Shown here: piece after piece, positions 1-9,974 of the stretch
Layout of the letters: each line of letters begins with the position of its first letter
Position numbering within the stretch: position 1 is the first letter of the stretch
NCBI GenBank assembly: GCA_023957375.1
Contig: JAMLHB010000001.1
Location: 1,154,245 to 1,218,244, forward strand
DNA length: 64,000 nt
Reading direction: 5' to 3'
Source: Flavobacteriales bacterium
Lineage (GTDB): Bacteria; Bacteroidota; Bacteroidia; Flavobacteriales_F; PHOS-HE28
Notes under the pieces: model-generated
Told to the model about the DNA's origin: nothing
Databases searched by the model: none
Seen by the model: only the letters and a program-made list of their open reading frames with translations
Position numbers and translations under genes: made by a program

Positions 1-8
1 TGCGCTTC

Positions 9-992
9 ATGCTCAATGGCGACCCGAACGCGGTGCCCAACTACGACACCAATTACGTGTCCAGCTATCGGAGCAACCTCACGCTTTCCCTGCTGGTGAA
101 ATATGAATCAGTGGATGTGGACATTGAACAGGACACGGGCGACGATCTTTCCTTTTCGGCCAACAATGCCGAGCAATATGGCGTGGGCCTCAACTTCAAA
201 TGGCTCAGTGCCGAGGCCACCTTCAACATTCCGGCATTGGACGACCAAGATCCCGCCCTGGGCGAGAGCCGATCGCGGGGCTTCGGCCTGGGCTATACCG
301 GGCGAAGACTGTGGGCACGGGGCTTTTGGAACCGGACCACCGGCTATTACCTGAACGACCCGCAGCGATGGACACCGGGATGGGAACCGGGTGACCAGCC
401 GGTGACGCGCGGCGACATCTCCAGCAACAGTTACATGCTCTCGGTCAACTATGCCCTGGGCAGGAAGAAGCGCTTCAGCCAAAATGCCGCCTTGTTCCAG
501 GTGGAACGCCAGAAGAAAAGCGCAGGCACCTTCGTACTTGGATTCTCGGGCTGGCGTTCCGTGGTTTCCGCAGACAGTTCCATCCTCAGCCCAGCCTTGG
601 TGGACACCTTCCAATTGGCCTCCGGGTTCAACGCGCTGGAACGCACCATGCTGGGCGTCACCATCGGCTATACGCACACGTTCACCTTTTGGCAAAAGGG
701 ATTCCTCCATGCGGCCTTGTTGCCGGGCCTGGGCTATGTACAACAGGTGATCAACGTGCCAGGGCCGGAAAAGCCCCAAGGGGCCGGCATCGGCGCAGTG
801 ACGGAACTGAAGATCGGCGCCGGGTACAACGGCGACCGGTGGTACGCGGCGCTCACCTTCGCCTACTACTACAGCACCACGGCCATTGCCGAACATCTCA
901 ACTTAGCCACCAACTACGGCTTCGGCCGGTTCGCCTTGGGCATCCGCTTAGGCGACCCGGGGATCAAGGCCTTGCAAAAGGTGGGATTGTAA
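9..992 (+). CDS. hypothetical outer-membrane/porin-like protein, 5'-partial (runs in from before the window)
   Basis: Long ORF with the alternating hydrophobic pattern, Gly/Tyr richness and aromatic C-terminus (…GIRLGDPGIKAL) typical of OM beta-barrels. No start codon within the window. Confidence 0.45.
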   Translation: MLNGDPNAVPNYDTNYVSSYRSNLTLSLLVKYESVDVDIEQDTGDDLSFSANNAEQYGVGLNFKWLSAEATFNIPALDDQDPALGESRSRGFGLGYTGRRLWARGFWNRTTGYYLNDPQRWTPGWEPGDQPVTRGDISSNSYMLSVNYALGRKKRFSQNAALFQVERQKKSAGTFVLGFSGWRSVVSADSSILSPALVDTFQLASGFNALERTMLGVTIGYTHTFTFWQKGFLHAALLPGLGYVQQVINVPGPEKPQGAGIGAVTELKIGAGYNGDRWYAALTFAYYYSTTAIAEHLNLATNYGFGRFALGIRLGDPGIKALQKVGL

Positions 993-1068
993 TGGCGGAG
1001 GCCTCCCATGGCGCCCGCCGCCCGTGCCATGTAAATTTGCACTGCCGGCAGCAGGCCCGGCCTACGAC

Positions 1069-2538
1069 ATGACCAATAGCGACCAGCACAGGGTGCAGCT
1101 CAGCGCAAACCAGAAGGCCAAGCGGATCAATGCCGACCCGGACATCTACGGCACCTTCGCGGAGATCGGCGTGGGGCAGGAAACGGTAAGGCACTTCTTC
1201 CGTGCGGGCGGGGCCTCCCAAACCATTGCGAAGGCCATGAGCGCCTATGACAAGGACTTCAGCAATGCCATCTACGGCGCCGAACCGGGCAACCGCTTCG
1301 TTTGCGAAAGCCGCCTGCGCAACATGATCCGCCATGAATACGGCCTGATCGTGGAACGGCTTGACCGCAAGGACCACCCCTCCAAGCGCTTCTTCAGCTT
1401 CGCCAACACCGTGGCCAGCAGCAATTACGAACGGCCCCACAGCGGGCATGGCTGGCTGGGCGTGCGTTTCCAAACCGCACATGACCGGCCCACCAACGAC
1501 GTCATCATCCACATCCGCCTGCACGACCCGGACATCAACCTGCAGCAGGAAAGCATCGGCATCCTTGGCGTCAACCTGATCTACGCCTGCTGTTTCCACT
1601 ACGACGATCCGGACCAGATGATGACCACCCTGTACGACAACGTGAGCCGGCACGTGGTGGAGATCGACATGATCCAAATGAACGGGCCCGACTTCAGCCA
1701 AGTGGACAACCGGCTGCTGAGCCTGCAGTTAGTGAAGCGCGGCTACACCGATGCGGTGATCTTCGGGCCCGACGGCCAAAACCTCCAGGCCACCGAGGTG
1801 CTCTACAAGAAGAACATCCTCGCCATCCGGGGAAGCTTCCGCCCGGTGACCAAGGTGAACATCGATATGATCATGAACGGCTACAACATGTTCATCAAGG
1901 AACAGCGTGTGGACCGCATGAACCTCCAAGTGCTTTTCGAGATCACCCTGAACAACCTGCAGGCCGACAGCGGAGCCGTGGACGAAAAGGATTTCATCGA
2001 CAGGGCGGACATCCTGTGTTCCCTGGGCCAAACCGTGTTGATCAGCAACTACCAGGAATACTATAAACTGGTGGAGTACTTCAGCCGCTACACCAAGGCT
2101 CGCATGGGCTTGATCATGGGCGTGAGCAACCTGATCGAGGTGTTCAATGAAAAGTACTACCGCAACCTCAACGGCGGCATGCTGGAAGCTTTCGGCATCC
2201 TCTTCACCCGCGACCTGAAGATGTACGTGTACCCCAGCAAGCCCAGTGACGAGGAACCGCTGATGACCCTGGACAACATGCCCATCCACCCGCGGCTGAG
2301 GCCACTGTACGACTACCTGATCAGCAATAAGCGCATGGTGGACATCGAAACCTTCGACCCCCAGGTGCTGCACATCTTCAGCAAGGCCGTACTGCACATG
2401 ATCCGCGAAGGGAAGCCCGGCTGGGAATCCCTGGTGCCTCCCTACGTGGACAACATGATCAAGGACAACCAGTTGTTTGGATACGATCCGCACCAGGGGC
2501 GCACCAAGGCTGGAAAAGCCCGGGTAAGCAAGGTGTGA
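1069..2538 (+). CDS. conserved hypothetical protein (~490 aa)
   Basis: Uninterrupted 504-aa ORF with coding-like codon bias. Likely start at MTNSDQ (1069). No family recognised with confidence. Confidence 0.5.
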   Translation: MTNSDQHRVQLSANQKAKRINADPDIYGTFAEIGVGQETVRHFFRAGGASQTIAKAMSAYDKDFSNAIYGAEPGNRFVCESRLRNMIRHEYGLIVERLDRKDHPSKRFFSFANTVASSNYERPHSGHGWLGVRFQTAHDRPTNDVIIHIRLHDPDINLQQESIGILGVNLIYACCFHYDDPDQMMTTLYDNVSRHVVEIDMIQMNGPDFSQVDNRLLSLQLVKRGYTDAVIFGPDGQNLQATEVLYKKNILAIRGSFRPVTKVNIDMIMNGYNMFIKEQRVDRMNLQVLFEITLNNLQADSGAVDEKDFIDRADILCSLGQTVLISNYQEYYKLVEYFSRYTKARMGLIMGVSNLIEVFNEKYYRNLNGGMLEAFGILFTRDLKMYVYPSKPSDEEPLMTLDNMPIHPRLRPLYDYLISNKRMVDIETFDPQVLHIFSKAVLHMIREGKPGWESLVPPYVDNMIKDNQLFGYDPHQGRTKAGKARVSKV

Positions 2539-2566
2539 CCATGCCGGTGAACAGGGCCGTGCCGCA

Positions 2567-3322
2567 CTACCCGCCGGCCCTTGGACGGCCTTGGCGGAAC
2601 ATCACCACCACCACAGCGGCAGCCAGGGCGCATGCGAACAGGAACCAAGGCCAGGAAAAATGCGAGGGCACGTAACCGGCCAAGGCAGGCATGGCCGTAG
2701 CCCCCATGATGCGCGCGGGTGCGGCCGCCAGCAAGTGATCCACCGGGCCGGCCATGAAGGTGTACAGGATAATGGCACCGGCCACCGAGAGCATGGCCCA
2801 CTGCCAACGCGAAGGCCCGAAGCCGGCCACCCTGCTGCGGCCCCGGAGGATGGCCGCGGCCAACGCCATCAAGCCCACTGAAACCATGCAGGGTGCCAGT
2901 ACCGGCCCCACCCAAACCGTGGGCAGCAGGAAAAGCACATCCCATGTCAGCAGGCTGGACGGCCACCCCAACAAGAATTTGAGAAAGGCGTAGTACGCCA
3001 GGTCCCACACGGCAAACGTCCAGCAGAACCAGGCAAAACGTTCCATGCGCCTGGGCGTTAACAACGCACCCGGCGCCATCAACATCACCAAGGTCGCCAG
3101 CTCGCGCAAAAGCTCGGTGAGCACCAATTGGCCGTCCAATGGTTGAAGCGGAAAACTGAACCCGCCCGGATACGCTAAGGCGCGCAGATAGACCACCACC
3201 GCAGCTTCCAGAAAGCCCATGGCCACCGCAAAGGCCGATACCCAGGGCAAAGCTGCCGCCCACGGCCTGCCGGGAACTTCCGGGGCGGGTCCTGCCTGTT
3301 CCCGATGCCTTTCCGGCACCAT
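2567..3322 (-). CDS. integral membrane protein (hypothetical)
   Basis: ORF with ~6 hydrophobic helices. The start may be internal (MGFLEA…, ~3220). Confidence 0.4.
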   Translation of the reverse strand: MVPERHREQAGPAPEVPGRPWAAALPWVSAFAVAMGFLEAAVVVYLRALAYPGGFSFPLQPLDGQLVLTELLRELATLVMLMAPGALLTPRRMERFAWFCWTFAVWDLAYYAFLKFLLGWPSSLLTWDVLFLLPTVWVGPVLAPCMVSVGLMALAAAILRGRSRVAGFGPSRWQWAMLSVAGAIILYTFMAGPVDHLLAAAPARIMGATAMPALAGYVPSHFSWPWFLFACALAAAVVVVMFRQGRPRAGG

Positions 3323-3331
3323 GATGGATGT

Positions 3332-4408
3332 TCAGGAAACGTGCACCACCCAACCGTACTTGTCCGGGGTGCGCCCCTTGCGGATGTCGTCCAGCATCCG
3401 GCCCAACCGGTGCACCTCGCTGTCCGCGCCCAGGTCGGGCAGTTCCAGGTCTTCGCCTTTGTAGGCGATCACCTTGATGGGGGCGATGGTGGCGGCGGTG
3501 CCCGCACCGAATGCCGCGGAAACCTTTCCGTTGCGCAACCCGGCAACCACTTCATCCACCGTCACTTTCCGCTCGGCCACGGGCATGCCCTTGTCCTTGG
3601 CGATGGTGAGGATGCTGTCCCGGGTGATGCCCGGCAAAATGGTACCGTCCAAGCTGGGCGTGGTGAGCACCCCGTCGATGATGAAGAAGACGTTCATGGT
3701 GCCACTTTCCTCAATGTACTTGTGCTCCATGGCATCGGTCCACAGTTGCTGGTGGTAGCCTTCATCCTGGCCCATCTTGGAGGGATAGAGCCCTCCTGCA
3801 TAGTTGCCCCCGCATTTCACTTCCCCGGTGCCACCAGGGAAGGCACGGCTGTATTCCAGCTCGAGCTTCACCCGCAACGGCTCTTGGTAATAGGCGCGCA
3901 CCGGGCTGATGAAGATCATGAACCGGTAGCCCTCGCTGGGCTTTACGCCGATGTACTCATCGCTGGCGAACATGAACGGCCTGATGTACAGCGAACCGTC
4001 TTCGCCGCTGGGAAGCCAGCCGCCATCCATGCGCACCAGCTCCTTCAGGCCGTGCAGAAAAGCGTCCTCCGGCAACGCCGGCATGCACATGCGCTTGGCG
4101 CTCCGGTTCATCCGCGCGATGTTGGCCTGCGGCCGGAAGAGGCTCACGTCGCCTTGCTGGCTGCGGTAAGCCTTCATGCCTTCGAATATGGTTTGCGCAT
4201 AATGCAGCACCAGCGTGGCCGGGCTGAGCTCCAAGTCCTGGAACGGCATGATGCGCGGGCGCTGCCAGGTGCCGTCCGCAAAATCCCATACGAGCATGTG
4301 GTCCGTGAACACACGTCCGAACTTCGGGTTGGCCAAGTCTGTTTCCGGCAGACGTGATTGCTTCACCCGTTGAATATCGATCTCTGTTGCAGTACTGATC
4401 ATGGCCAT
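3332..4408 (-). CDS. ilvE: branched-chain amino acid aminotransferase
   Basis: Class-IV BCAT sequence (…FGRVFTDHMLV…, …GGNYAGGLYPS…). Start MAMISTATE. The N-terminal 168 aa of the 524-aa track ORF are GC-shadow extension. Confidence 0.85.
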   Translation of the reverse strand: MAMISTATEIDIQRVKQSRLPETDLANPKFGRVFTDHMLVWDFADGTWQRPRIMPFQDLELSPATLVLHYAQTIFEGMKAYRSQQGDVSLFRPQANIARMNRSAKRMCMPALPEDAFLHGLKELVRMDGGWLPSGEDGSLYIRPFMFASDEYIGVKPSEGYRFMIFISPVRAYYQEPLRVKLELEYSRAFPGGTGEVKCGGNYAGGLYPSKMGQDEGYHQQLWTDAMEHKYIEESGTMNVFFIIDGVLTTPSLDGTILPGITRDSILTIAKDKGMPVAERKVTVDEVVAGLRNGKVSAAFGAGTAATIAPIKVIAYKGEDLELPDLGADSEVHRLGRMLDDIRKGRTPDKYGWVVHVS

Positions 4409-4478
4409 GCGGTTTGTGCCAAAGGTAAACCCTTCGGCGGGCATAGCCCGGGTGAAAGACCCGTATCCTTGTGGGCCG

Positions 4479-6266
4479 ATGCCGCGAGATATCCATGCCG
4501 TGCTCCGCGGGACGTGGGGGTACGAGCATTTCCGCCCCATGCAGGAGGAGGTGGTGCGCTCCGTAATGGAGGGGCGCGACACCCTGGCGCTGCTGCCCAC
4601 CGGCGGCGGAAAGAGCCTCTGCTTCCAAGTGCCCGCACTGGCCATGGGCAAGCTGTGCATCGTGGTATCGCCATTGATCGCGCTGATGAAGGACCAGGTG
4701 GCGCGCCTGCGCACACTGGGCGTGCGCGCCGTGGCGGTCACCAGCGCCATGGCACCGGTGGAGATCGACAATGCGTTGGAGAGCGCCGCCATGGGCAAGC
4801 TCGACTTCCTGTACCTCTCACCCGAACGGATCGGATCGGAACTCTTCAAGGCCCGGCTGCCGCGCATGCCCTTGGGCTTGATCGCCGTGGACGAGGCGCA
4901 CTGCATCAGCCAGTGGGGCTACGACTTCAGGCCGGCGTACCTGTTGATCGGCGCCTTGCGCGAAACACATCCCCAAGTGCCCGTATTGGCGCTCACCGCA
5001 TCGGCCACGCCGGAGGTGGCGAAGGACATCATGGAGCGGCTGGCCTTCCGGGCACCCAACTTGCTCCATGGTTCGTTCCGCCGGCCCGAACTGATCTTCT
5101 GGACAAGCCGCGGCGAGGACAAATTGGGCCGCCTGCTGCGCATCGCCGCGAACGTGCCCGGTACCGGGATCGTGTACCTGCGCGACCGGCGCGGAACCGT
5201 GCGCACGGCCCAGTTCCTGCAGCAGCACGGTATACGTGCGGCAGCCTACCATGCCGGCCTGAGCTTCGGGGAGCGCGACCGCGTACAGCAGGAATGGGCC
5301 TCGGGGAACGTGCGCTACGTGGCCGCCACCAACGCCTTCGGCATGGGCATCGACAAGGCCGACGTGCGGTGCGTGGTGCACCTGGAACCGCCACCCGACA
5401 TGGAGAGCTACTACCAGGAAGCAGGCCGGGCCGGGCGCGACGGCCAGCTGGCCTTTGCCTTCCTGCTGGCACACTCCTCCGACGAAGGCAAACTGCGCGA
5501 GCGGCTCGAGGCCTCCTTTCCTTCACTTGCCGAGGTGCGCAGGGTGTACCAAGCGCTTGCCGACATGCACCGCATCGCACTGGGCGCCGGACAGTACGAG
5601 GCCTATGACCTCGATCTGCCGAAATTGGCCCAACGCACCGCCCTGCCGGCAGGCAAGGTGCACAGCGCCCTGAAAACACTTGAGCTCAACGGCGACCTCG
5701 CCCTGTCCGACGGTGCACACAACCCTACCCGCGTGATGATCCGTGCATCCGGCGACACCATCCACCGCATGCGCGTGGAGGACGCGCGAACAGGCCCGCT
5801 GTTGGAGGTGCTGCTACGCATGTACGGCGGTCTGTTCGAGGAGCCCGCCATCATCGACGAGGAACGCATCTCCCAACTCCTGGGCAAATCCGTGGAGCAC
5901 GTACGCAGCCTGCTGCGCGAGATGGGACGCGACGGCCTGATCTTCCACCAACCGCGCAAAGACCTGCCCACCGCCACGCTGCTGATGCCGCGCCGCGATG
6001 CCGCCCAACTGGCCCTGGAGCCGCACGCCGTGCAACTGCGCATGGAACGGGCGCGCCATCGCCTGGAGGCGATGCTGGATTATGCCTTCCGTGAACGCGG
6101 CTGCCGCGAAGCCGCCGTGTTGCGCTACTTCGGCCAGCCCTCATTGGAGCGGTGCGGACGGTGCGACAATTGCCGGGCCATGGACAAGGCGGGCTTGGTG
6201 CAGGAGCCACCGCTGCGTTGGCGGTTGGACGAACGGGTCGGACCAGCAGGCGGAACAAACACATGA
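4479..6266 (+). CDS. recQ: ATP-dependent DNA helicase RecQ
   Basis: FRPMQ…TGGGKSLCFQ Walker A and the VDEAHCISQWGYDFRP DEAH box. Start chosen at MPRDIHAVLRGTWGYEHF rather than the upstream MAM. Confidence 0.85.
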   Translation: MPRDIHAVLRGTWGYEHFRPMQEEVVRSVMEGRDTLALLPTGGGKSLCFQVPALAMGKLCIVVSPLIALMKDQVARLRTLGVRAVAVTSAMAPVEIDNALESAAMGKLDFLYLSPERIGSELFKARLPRMPLGLIAVDEAHCISQWGYDFRPAYLLIGALRETHPQVPVLALTASATPEVAKDIMERLAFRAPNLLHGSFRRPELIFWTSRGEDKLGRLLRIAANVPGTGIVYLRDRRGTVRTAQFLQQHGIRAAAYHAGLSFGERDRVQQEWASGNVRYVAATNAFGMGIDKADVRCVVHLEPPPDMESYYQEAGRAGRDGQLAFAFLLAHSSDEGKLRERLEASFPSLAEVRRVYQALADMHRIALGAGQYEAYDLDLPKLAQRTALPAGKVHSALKTLELNGDLALSDGAHNPTRVMIRASGDTIHRMRVEDARTGPLLEVLLRMYGGLFEEPAIIDEERISQLLGKSVEHVRSLLREMGRDGLIFHQPRKDLPTATLLMPRRDAAQLALEPHAVQLRMERARHRLEAMLDYAFRERGCREAAVLRYFGQPSLERCGRCDNCRAMDKAGLVQEPPLRWRLDERVGPAGGTNT

Positions 6267-6847
6267 ACAAAAAATTGGAACGGTCATTCTATGCACGCCC
6301 CGACGTAGTGGCCGTGTCGCGCGAGTTGTTGGGCAAGGTGCTGGTCACGCACGTCAACGGGGTGACCACCGCAGGCATCATTACCGAGACAGAGGCCTAC
6401 ATGGGTGCCGTGGACCGGGCCTCGCACGCCTACGGAGGAAAGGTGACGCCCCGCAACAAGATCATGTACGGCCAGGCAGGCCATGCCTACATTTATTTGT
6501 GCTACGGCATCCACCACCTCTTCAATGTGGTGACCAACGCCGAGGGCGTGGCGCACGCCGTGCTGGTCCGCGCCATCCATCCGGTGGAAGGCTTGGCCAC
6601 CATGCTCAAACGGCGAAAAACGAAAACGCTTACCACTGGCGGCCCCGGCACGCTGACCCAAGCGCTCGGCATACGCACTTCACAGAACGGGGCCGACCTG
6701 CTCGGCAACCTGATCTGGATCGAAGAACGCCACATCGTTGTTCCGCAGGAAGCCATCATCACCGGACCGCGCATCGGCGTGGATTACGCCGGTGTGGATG
6801 CCCTGCTGCCCTACCGCTTTCATTTCAATCCACGCATACTTGCATGA
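6263..6847 (+). CDS. mpg: DNA-3-methyladenine glycosylase (Mpg/AAG family)
   Basis: pfam02245-like sequence (…ARPDVVAVSRELLGK…ETEAYMG…HAY…). ATGA overlap with the recQ stop. Confidence 0.8.
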   Translation: MNKKLERSFYARPDVVAVSRELLGKVLVTHVNGVTTAGIITETEAYMGAVDRASHAYGGKVTPRNKIMYGQAGHAYIYLCYGIHHLFNVVTNAEGVAHAVLVRAIHPVEGLATMLKRRKTKTLTTGGPGTLTQALGIRTSQNGADLLGNLIWIEERHIVVPQEAIITGPRIGVDYAGVDALLPYRFHFNPRILA

Positions 6848-7797
6848 ACAACCGCATCCTGTTCATGGGCACGCCGCAGTTCGCGGTAGCCCCGCTCAAT
6901 GCCCTGATCGGTGCCGGACTGGAGATCGCCGCAGTGGTAACCGCCCCCGACCGTCCGGCGGGCCGCGGACGCCAACTGCGCATGAGCGCCGTTAAGCAAC
7001 GCGCACTGGAACTGGGATTACCCCTGCTGCAACCAAGCAACCTGAAGGACCAGGAGTTTCTCGCCCAACTGGACGCCCTGGATGCATCCTTATATATAGT
7101 GGTCGCATTCCGCATGCTTCCCCGTGAGGTTTGGCAAAAGCCGAAACGCGGCACCGTGAACCTCCATGCCTCACTGCTGCCCAACTACCGCGGTGCCGCC
7201 CCGATCAACTGGGCACTGATCAACGGGGAGGAGCGCACAGGCCTCACCACCTTTCTCATCAATGACCACATCGACACCGGGGACATCCTGCTGCGTGAAG
7301 TGATCCACATTGCCCCCGACGAAAACGCAGGCCAACTGCACGACCGCATGATGGCCATTGGTGCAGGGCTGTTGGTACGGACCGTGAAAGACCTCATGGA
7401 CGGTACCGCGCAACCCCTGCGGCAAGATGCGTTCGTGGGCGATGACCGCAAGGAGGCACCCAAGCTCACACCGGCCAACTGCCGCATCAACTGGGCCGTG
7501 AATGCGGACCATGTGCACAACCTGGTACGCGGCCTTGCGCCTTCGCCTGGCGCTTGGACCACTTGGGCACAGGGCATCCATTCGGGGCAACAACTGAAGG
7601 TGCTCGCCACCAAGGTCGTATCCCGGCACCACCGCAGCCATCCCGGCACGGTGGAGTTTTCCAATGAGCGGATGCTCATCCATTGCGCCAGTGGCGCCGT
7701 GGAGGTGCTCGAACTGCAGTTGCAGGGAAAGCGCGCCATGAGCTGCGCAGATTTCCTCAACGGCTTGCGCGACCGCACGGCCGCAAGGGTGGAATAA
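6844..7797 (+). CDS. fmt: methionyl-tRNA formyltransferase
   Basis: [15 protein letters not shown]…, the [20 protein letters not shown] formyltransferase motif, and a C-terminal Fmt domain. ATGA overlap with mpg. Confidence 0.9.
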   Translation: MNNRILFMGTPQFAVAPLNALIGAGLEIAAVVTAPDRPAGRGRQLRMSAVKQRALELGLPLLQPSNLKDQEFLAQLDALDASLYIVVAFRMLPREVWQKPKRGTVNLHASLLPNYRGAAPINWALINGEERTGLTTFLINDHIDTGDILLREVIHIAPDENAGQLHDRMMAIGAGLLVRTVKDLMDGTAQPLRQDAFVGDDRKEAPKLTPANCRINWAVNADHVHNLVRGLAPSPGAWTTWAQGIHSGQQLKVLATKVVSRHHRSHPGTVEFSNERMLIHCASGAVEVLELQLQGKRAMSCADFLNGLRDRTAARVE

Positions 7798-8009
7798 GTG
7801 CATGCCCGAACCGTGTTGCACGTTTCATCGAAAGTGCTTGGCGGCTTCCCCTGAAACCCTTGCTATCAGTACAAAAGCGGGCGACTTATGAACAAACACC
7901 CCCATTTTTCAACATTTCCGGGGTGGTGCGTCGGAAACCCTTGCCAGCAGCGGCTTTGCCGATACATTTGTGCGTGTTCCTCAAAACAAACACCAAAAAC
8001 CAAACGAAC

Positions 8010-8288
8010 ATGGGACTGAACAAAGCTGAACTGGTTGAATCAATCGCTGCTGAGGCAAAAATCTCCAAGGCTGACGCCAAGCGTGCTTTGGATGCTTTCG
8101 TGAGCAACACCACGAAGGCCCTGAAAAAGGGTGACCGCGTGGCCCTGGTGGGCTTCGGCACCTTCAGCGTAGCCAAGCGCGCCGCGCGCAAGGGACGCAA
8201 CCCGCAAACCGGCAAGGAGATCAAGATTGCTGCCAAGAAGGTGGTGAAGTTCAAGGCCGGCGCCGACCTGGCCAAGAAGGTGAAGTGA
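8010..8288 (+). CDS. hup: DNA-binding protein HU
   Basis: [13 protein letters not shown]…GFGTFSV…RNPQTG, a canonical HU/IHF fold, 92 aa. Confidence 0.9.
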   Translation: MGLNKAELVESIAAEAKISKADAKRALDAFVSNTTKALKKGDRVALVGFGTFSVAKRAARKGRNPQTGKEIKIAAKKVVKFKAGADLAKKVK

Positions 8289-8304
8289 TCCCCCTTTCCA
8301 CATT

Positions 8305-8340
8305 GAAAAGGTCCCCCATCAACGGGGGACCTTTTCTTTT
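8305..8340 (+). terminator. rho-independent terminator after hup
   Basis: GGTCCCCC-ATCAAC-GGGGGACC stem-loop followed by TTTTCTTTT. Confidence 0.65.
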
Positions 8341-8360
8341 GCACCACAGTCATCACTGCC

Positions 8361-9056
8361 ATGCCCAACCCAGCCGAACGGTATGCCCAACTTTCCGCGT
8401 TCATCTCGGAGAACAAACAACAACTGTTCAACCGGATCGCACCGCAACGCACGCGGCATGTGACCGTGGTGCTGGAGGACATCTACCAACCACACAATGC
8501 CAGCGCCGTGGTGCGCACTGCCGACCTCACCGGCGTGCAGGACGTCCACATCATCGAGAACCGCAACAAGTACACCGTCAACCCCGACGTCACCTTGGGT
8601 TCATCGAAGTGGATCGACATGATCCGCTACCGCGATCGCGGCAAGGACAATGCATTGGATTGCATGCAGGCGCTGAAGGCAAAGGGCTATTGCATCGTGG
8701 CCACTTCGCCGCGTGCGGACCATGTGACGCCAGAGAACATTCCCCTGGACAAGCCGCTGGCTTTCTGCTTTGGCACCGAGCTCACCGGCTTGACCAGCAC
8801 CATCCTGGACCAGGCGGAACTGTTCATGCGCATCCCCATGTATGGATTCACCGAGAGTTTCAACATCTCGGTCTCGGCGGCCATCACACTGTATACGGTG
8901 ATGCAGCGGCTGCGCGCCAGTGAAGTGCCCTGGCGCTTGACGCAGGCGGAGCTCGACGAGCTCAAGCTTTCATGGGCGAGAAAAACCGTGCAGTCAGCAC
9001 GGGAGATCGAGGGAAGACTGGATCGACCGAACGACGATCAAGCTCCATTGGCTTGA
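8361..9056 (+). CDS. SpoU/TrmH-family RNA 2'-O-methyltransferase
   Basis: SPOUT signatures (…VVLEDIYQPHNASAVVRTAD…, …FGTELTGLT…, …ESFNISVSAAI…). Confidence 0.75.
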   Translation: MPNPAERYAQLSAFISENKQQLFNRIAPQRTRHVTVVLEDIYQPHNASAVVRTADLTGVQDVHIIENRNKYTVNPDVTLGSSKWIDMIRYRDRGKDNALDCMQALKAKGYCIVATSPRADHVTPENIPLDKPLAFCFGTELTGLTSTILDQAELFMRIPMYGFTESFNISVSAAITLYTVMQRLRASEVPWRLTQAELDELKLSWARKTVQSAREIEGRLDRPNDDQAPLA

Positions 9057-9629
9057 ACCTGCATACCACTTAAGATGCAAGCATGCCGCCGGCATCATTG
9101 CACGATGCGTGCGTACCATGCGTCATGCATGCGGCCGCGCATCACGGCCCTTGTGCACGGCTGAGCAGTTCACGGACATGCGGCATTCCATCAAGCTGTG
9201 CATACAAAGTCATGCACCACATCCTTGCGCGCAGGGATGGTGACCACACACGCGCATCCTTCTCATCCGTGCTTCCAGCATCACCGCACACGCGGCAGGA
9301 TGCCTGTTATTCGATCTTCCATGTGCTTGATGATGGCCGTGTTCAAGAACAAATGCACTGTTCAATTCACGCATCATCGTAGTTCGGATGCCGGTGTTTC
9401 AATAATGCACTGCACTGTTGTTGGGATCAATGCAGGACTTTCCCGCGTTCATCGCGCGGGACTTCAATGTGCGCTGATCCATCAGTATTGGCGCCACTTT
9501 CATCGCGGCATCGATCTGCGATCGATCAACATGAAGCATTGCTTTTGCATGGAACAACACCACGGTTCTTAACATGCCTTCGTGGAGAAATGGAACCTGT
9601 CGAGGAATGTTCGCGTACCAGCACGCGGA

Positions 9630-9637
9630 TACATTTG
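9630..9637 (+). promoter_or_regulatory. putative Bacteroidota sigma-A -7 box (TACATTTG = TAnnTTTG) upstream of the H1-like gene
   Basis: Matches the Bacteroidetes -7 consensus ~26 nt upstream of the ATG at 9663. It lies at the end of a 600-bp low-GC non-coding stretch. Confidence 0.3.
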
Positions 9638-9662
9638 GATCAAATCCTAAACACTCCAAATC

Positions 9663-9899
9663 ATGGGTAAAGGTGATAAGAAGACGAAGAAAGGTAAGCG
9701 CACCGCCGGTAGCACTGGTAAGGCCCGTCCTGCCAAGCGCACGGTAGCCACCGCTAAGAAGGCCGCCGCCAAGAAGGCCGCGCCGAAGAAGAAGGCCGCG
9801 CCGAAGAAGAAGGCCGCTGCCAAGAAGGCTGCGCCGAAGAAGAAGGCTGCTGCCAAGAAGGCTGCGCCGAAGAAGAAGGCCGCTGCCAAGAAGAAGTAA
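9663..9899 (+). CDS. histone H1-like lysine/alanine-rich DNA-binding protein
   Basis: 78-aa K/A/P-rich ORF with ~3.5 tandem copies of AAKKAAPKKKAAA (33-nt DNA repeat), followed by a strong terminator. Confidence 0.7.
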   Translation: MGKGDKKTKKGKRTAGSTGKARPAKRTVATAKKAAAKKAAPKKKAAPKKKAAAKKAAPKKKAAAKKAAPKKKAAAKKK

Positions 9900-9920
9900 G
9901 CACATCAGCGCTACAGAAGC

Positions 9921-9955
9921 AAAGACCCCCGAGCGATCGGGGGTCTTCTGCTTTA
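9921..9955 (+). terminator. rho-independent terminator
   Basis: AGACCCCCG-AGCGATC-GGGGGTCT hairpin plus TCTGCTTT. Confidence 0.65.
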
Positions 9956-9974
9956 TGGCCGTTGCATGCGTGCT

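Noticed and set aside
2442-3353. 303-aa ORF on the minus strand overlapping the 2567–3322 membrane-protein ORF in another frame
   Set aside because: Gly/Arg/Ala-rich translation typical of GC-shadow frames. The co-located membrane-protein frame has sensible hydrophobic helices.
4400-4412. Apparent overlapping divergent start codons of ilvE and the upstream ORF at the palindrome CATGGCCATG
   Set aside because: The RecQ homology only begins ~26 codons downstream at 4479 (MPRDIHAV…). The two genes are therefore divergent with a ~70-bp spacer rather than overlapping.
4358-5608. 416-aa + ORF, and several 200-aa minus-strand ORFs (4818–5474, 5029–5679), overlapping recQ
   Set aside because: Arg/Gly/Pro/Ala-dominated low-complexity translations. 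The recQ frame carries complete helicase motifs, so these are shadow ORFs of a 68% GC gene.
5998-6843. N-terminal 282 aa of the 599-aa ORF 5998–7797
   Set aside because: Homology to Fmt starts exactly at MNNRILFMG (6844). The upstream part overlaps recQ and mpg and is a shadow frame.
9060-9662. Housekeeping ncRNA (RNase P RNA, tmRNA, SRP RNA, 6S) in the 600-bp non-coding stretch
   Set aside because: None of the universally conserved sequence blocks (e.g. RNase P AAAGTCCGG / ACAGAAACCCGGCTTA, tmRNA tag-ORF, SRP GGAA tetraloop helix 8) could be found by eye. Left as an unexplained region instead.
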